From: Selaginella moellendorffii | Taxonomy: Eukaryota; Plantae; Lycopodiophyta | Assembly: GCF_000143415.4 (NCBI RefSeq) | Contig: NW_003314293.1 | Location: forward strand, 248,001 to 312,000 | DNA: 64,000 bases | Direction: 5' to 3' | Shown: in pieces, positions 60,960 to 64,000 of the stretch | Numbering within the stretch: the first letter of the stretch is position 1 | Layout of the letters: each line of letters opens with the position of its first letter | The notes under the pieces: generated by a model | What the model was told of the DNA's origin: nothing | Database searches by the model: none | Seen by the model: the letters and a program-made list of their open reading frames with translations, nothing else | Made by a program: the position numbers and the translations under genes

Positions 60960-63470
60960 ATGAACTTAGTATTCTGGTGTGAGACAATATCCTAAGAAAG
61001 TCCATGGTGACAAATGACTTTCAACCAAAACACCTCAGCAACTTGTTTAGCTAAACTGATTGTGGGCCACATTTGTAAAATGATTTACCACCATAAAGAT
61101 GGAATCATAACCTTGCACTATAAAAGGCCAACAATAAAATCCATAGAAATGCTGCAAAAAGAGGCTGTAATTGATAGTAATGGCAAAAAAAGTCTTACAG
61201 TAGCCATAATTTCTACCTTCTTGACTTGACAAACTTGCATTCTTGGATCCATTCCCAAACCTCCCTTTACAAACCCTTCTAGTAAAACCATTGTTGAATA
61301 GTAATTGTAATTCCCTTGACTCTTGGATGTCTAGCCAAAAGACTAGAGTGGCATTCTTGAAAAATATCCTTGATGATCAGCACTCAAAATGATCATACCT
61401 TTCCTTCGTCATATGTATACTTATCATGAGTGTAGTCCTTAGAATGAAAAGAATGCTAAATTGCTACTAAGTCTTGATTTTATTTATATCCTTCCTAAAT
61501 TTTGTCAATATATACAGCTAAAAATGCTAGACAAAGAGGATGTTTCTAGTTGCTTAAAGCAATGCAATAAAGCATCAAAATGGATATTACTTTGTTTTGG
61601 GCAAAATTCAATTGTGAAGTCCAAATCTTAGAGAATTTTGACCCACCATTATTGTTTCTTGAAGAGATGTTGTTGCTCCAAGATAAATTTGAGACTATAA
61701 TGGTCAATGCGAAGAATGAAATGTTGAAGCAAAAGATAATGCCACCTCTTTTTGAATTTCCCTTTGCTATATATTCCCCTTGGTTTAGCCCTTTTGCTAA
61801 ACGTGGACCAAAACCCTATTATGTTCCCCTTTCACAAGTTATCGTTGAAATGCACCTTAATAGCCGCATCCAATACTTCTTTGTAATTGGTCGGGTTCCA
61901 ATGCATCACCTCGCCGCAAGCCTAGGTTTGCAAGCTTGATATGAAAGCATGGAACATATCCTCCATGACCAGTATCCTCTTTGCCATAAATCCATTCACA
62001 TACTCTTGAATGGTTTCGGTTTGCTTCAGCCTACTCAGCTCATCCCTTACGTGCAAAGTAGCATTCAGAGGAACGTATATTGCGTGGATCCTCGCCTTCA
62101 TCATTTCCCAAGTGGCCACCGGTCCTTCATTGGCCTCCGTCGTTCTCCACCAAGACTTGGCATTATCTGAAAAGTATGGTTTTGCACATGGGACCTTTTC
62201 CGAACTCGATAACCACAATGCTCGGAAGTAGTCTTCCATATTGTAAAACCAATCCTCCACCAATTTATAGTCATTCACTCTCTTGAAGACCGGTGGGGGC
62301 TTTGGTTTGTACTTGGGAACTACTTGAGGAATTGATTCCACTTCGGTCTGTTCGACCTTGTTTGGTTCTACCTCAGTCCCTGCTGAAAGGTCCGCACCTT
62401 TTGCGCTACTAACATCCGCAGTCTTTCGCTTTTTCTTCCGCTTCTCGTCACACTTTAGCTTGTGTACGAGAGTCTCTAGCAGGGCATTGGTCTGTGCCAA
62501 TTGTCCTTCTAGAACGTCCAATTGAGCCTTGGACAATCGAACTTTGCCATCAGACTCCTGTTTAGAAGTTTCCTCACTGGAGTCATCCTCATTCAAGGAT
62601 TCCTCATCTATAGCCTCTTGTTCGACCGGAGGCTCCAGCTCTGGCGGAGGTTCTGTCTCTACCTTGGTTCGTTTCCGCCCTGCCTTTGTCATCTCCTAGC
62701 AATCCGCCTCTATCCTTCACTAGAACTAAGGAAAAGGCTCCGATACCAAATTGTAAGCTTCCCAATTTGCCAGCTTACCTCGTCTATCCGACTGACACTG
62801 CTTTGGCTTTTGCTAAGTTCCCTCACCAAGGTTCCCGCCTATTGTATCAGCTCCTACTTGGTCCTACTTGGTTTCAGCTACTCACTACACAAATAATGGA
62901 GCATTAACCATCTATCCACAGATTCCCAAATCTCTCCCAATCCCCCTCCCCGGATTAGACTGGACTTAAGGTTCGGCTACACTCCCCACAGGCACAAGCA
63001 GCCAAACACACCAAGCCTCCAAGTTCTTAACATCCCTTGATACAATAAGACTTGACATGGGACCCTCTAAATCCCAAGCTTTGGGTGCAACACTTGCTTT
63101 GGGACGCTAGGGCGAAACACCGTGGCCTAACGGCTTGGTATGGGTGCCTTTACCCCCCACTTCTATCCCGAAGGGAAGGCCCAAGCCCCTAGGAAGGGCA
63201 AGGACCAATGAGCCACAAGGTACTCAAGTGGGGCACCACTCCACATGAGTCGAGAGCACCATAGTTGGTTTCCCTTTTGAGAGTGGGAGCTGCTCTTGAG
63301 CACTTCCTTGGGTGGCCCCTTTGGCACCACCCTAGTCCATGCTCACTCCCACCCAAATCCCCTCAGCCCCAATGTCAACCTCAAGTCAGTTTGAAAGCAC
63401 CACTAAAGAGTTCCTTCAAAAGTAATTCCTAGACCTCACTATCTCTACTATACTTTTAGAACCCTCTACA
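60960..63470 (-). mobile_element. Ty3/gypsy element: 5' LTR about 63470-62752, PBS 62736-62748, gag 62692-61922 (premature stop), integrase fragment about 61000-61400
   Basis: LTR ends ...TTACA, then tggtatcggagcc (tRNA-Met PBS); gag with WFYNMEDYF, AKSWW, LKQTETIQEY; integrase-like GYDSIFMVVNHFTNVAH. Confidence 0.88.
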
Positions 63471-63484
63471 ACCCCCCCCCCCCC

Positions 63485-63800
63485 TCCTCTAAACCAAACC
63501 CTCCTGTTGCAATTCATCCACCATGTAATCAATGATCATTTGCTCCTTGCAACTTATATGTATAGCTGGAGAGTTCATTGCTACTAAATGCAACTCCAAC
63601 TCTATTCAATACGTAATACCAACCACCTTGCTATTATTGCCCATAATGCACTTAGCAAACATGCTAACATGTCACTTAGCCACTTCTTTAAACTCTAGAG
63701 CTATATCTGTAAAAAATATATCTAAAATAGCCTCATCTAATATTGCAGTCTTTGTTCTCATTTGATCCTCTTGAAGACCTAGATCAACTTGCTGGTTGTG
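63485..63800 (-). mobile_element. Older gypsy pol fragment (protease-RT linker) abutting the LTR
   Basis: IELELHLVAMNSPAIHISCKEQMIIDYMVDELQQEGLV resembles the segment just before gypsy RT. Confidence 0.4.
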
Positions 63801-64000
63801 GCTTGTTCCCAAGGACTCATGATGCACCACCACTTTCTTTGTTGCTTTCTTCTGGTGCTTTGGCCTCTAAAAAATCAAGTCTCCATTGCTTTCTTCACAA
63901 TGCTTTTCCACTATCTGTGCACCAAGCCAGAGTTAAAAGCTTGAGCCCTATTGCTTTCTTCACAGTGTGTTGCTACTTTCTTCCCACCCAGCTCAAGCTG

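Noticed and set aside
63471-63490. Poly-G (minus strand) next to the LTR as a PPT of a tandem three-LTR element
   Set aside because: The adjacent sequence looks like pre-RT pol of another element rather than an integrase 3' end, so nested insertion is simpler.

Overview
Eukaryotic plant nuclear DNA. Very short introns (about 45-90 nt), tightly packed genes and abundant PPR genes suggest a lycophyte such as Selaginella; this is inferred from style only. Bases 1-34.3 kb are gene-dense: the 3' part of a spastizin/SPG15 gene, a dirigent gene, a seipin, a small secreted pre-propeptide gene, three clustered NFD6/NOXY2-like genes, a PLS-class PPR, two pseudogenes of a chymotrypsin-fold protein with a GxCG motif, an inverted pair of polyphenol oxidases plus a decayed third copy, deletion-riddled seipin and PPR fragments, a conserved unknown gene, a minimal tristetraprolin-type CCCH gene and a C2H2/NYN-like gene. 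Bases 34.3-64 kb are mostly AT-rich transposon debris (Ty3/gypsy, Copia, a TIR element, (TA)n) with three gene islands: an ankyrin Raf-like kinase, a P-class PPR and an HCF152-like PPR. The strongest observations are a complete 578-bp Cassandra-type TRIM with 5S rRNA-derived LTRs and an intact TSD, a 119-aa animal/fungal-type TTP with a NOT1-binding tail, head-to-head NFD6 paralogs only 49 bp apart with shared alternative acceptors, and an unfamiliar RxLL-processed peptide precursor. All family calls come from motif recognition, not database searches.
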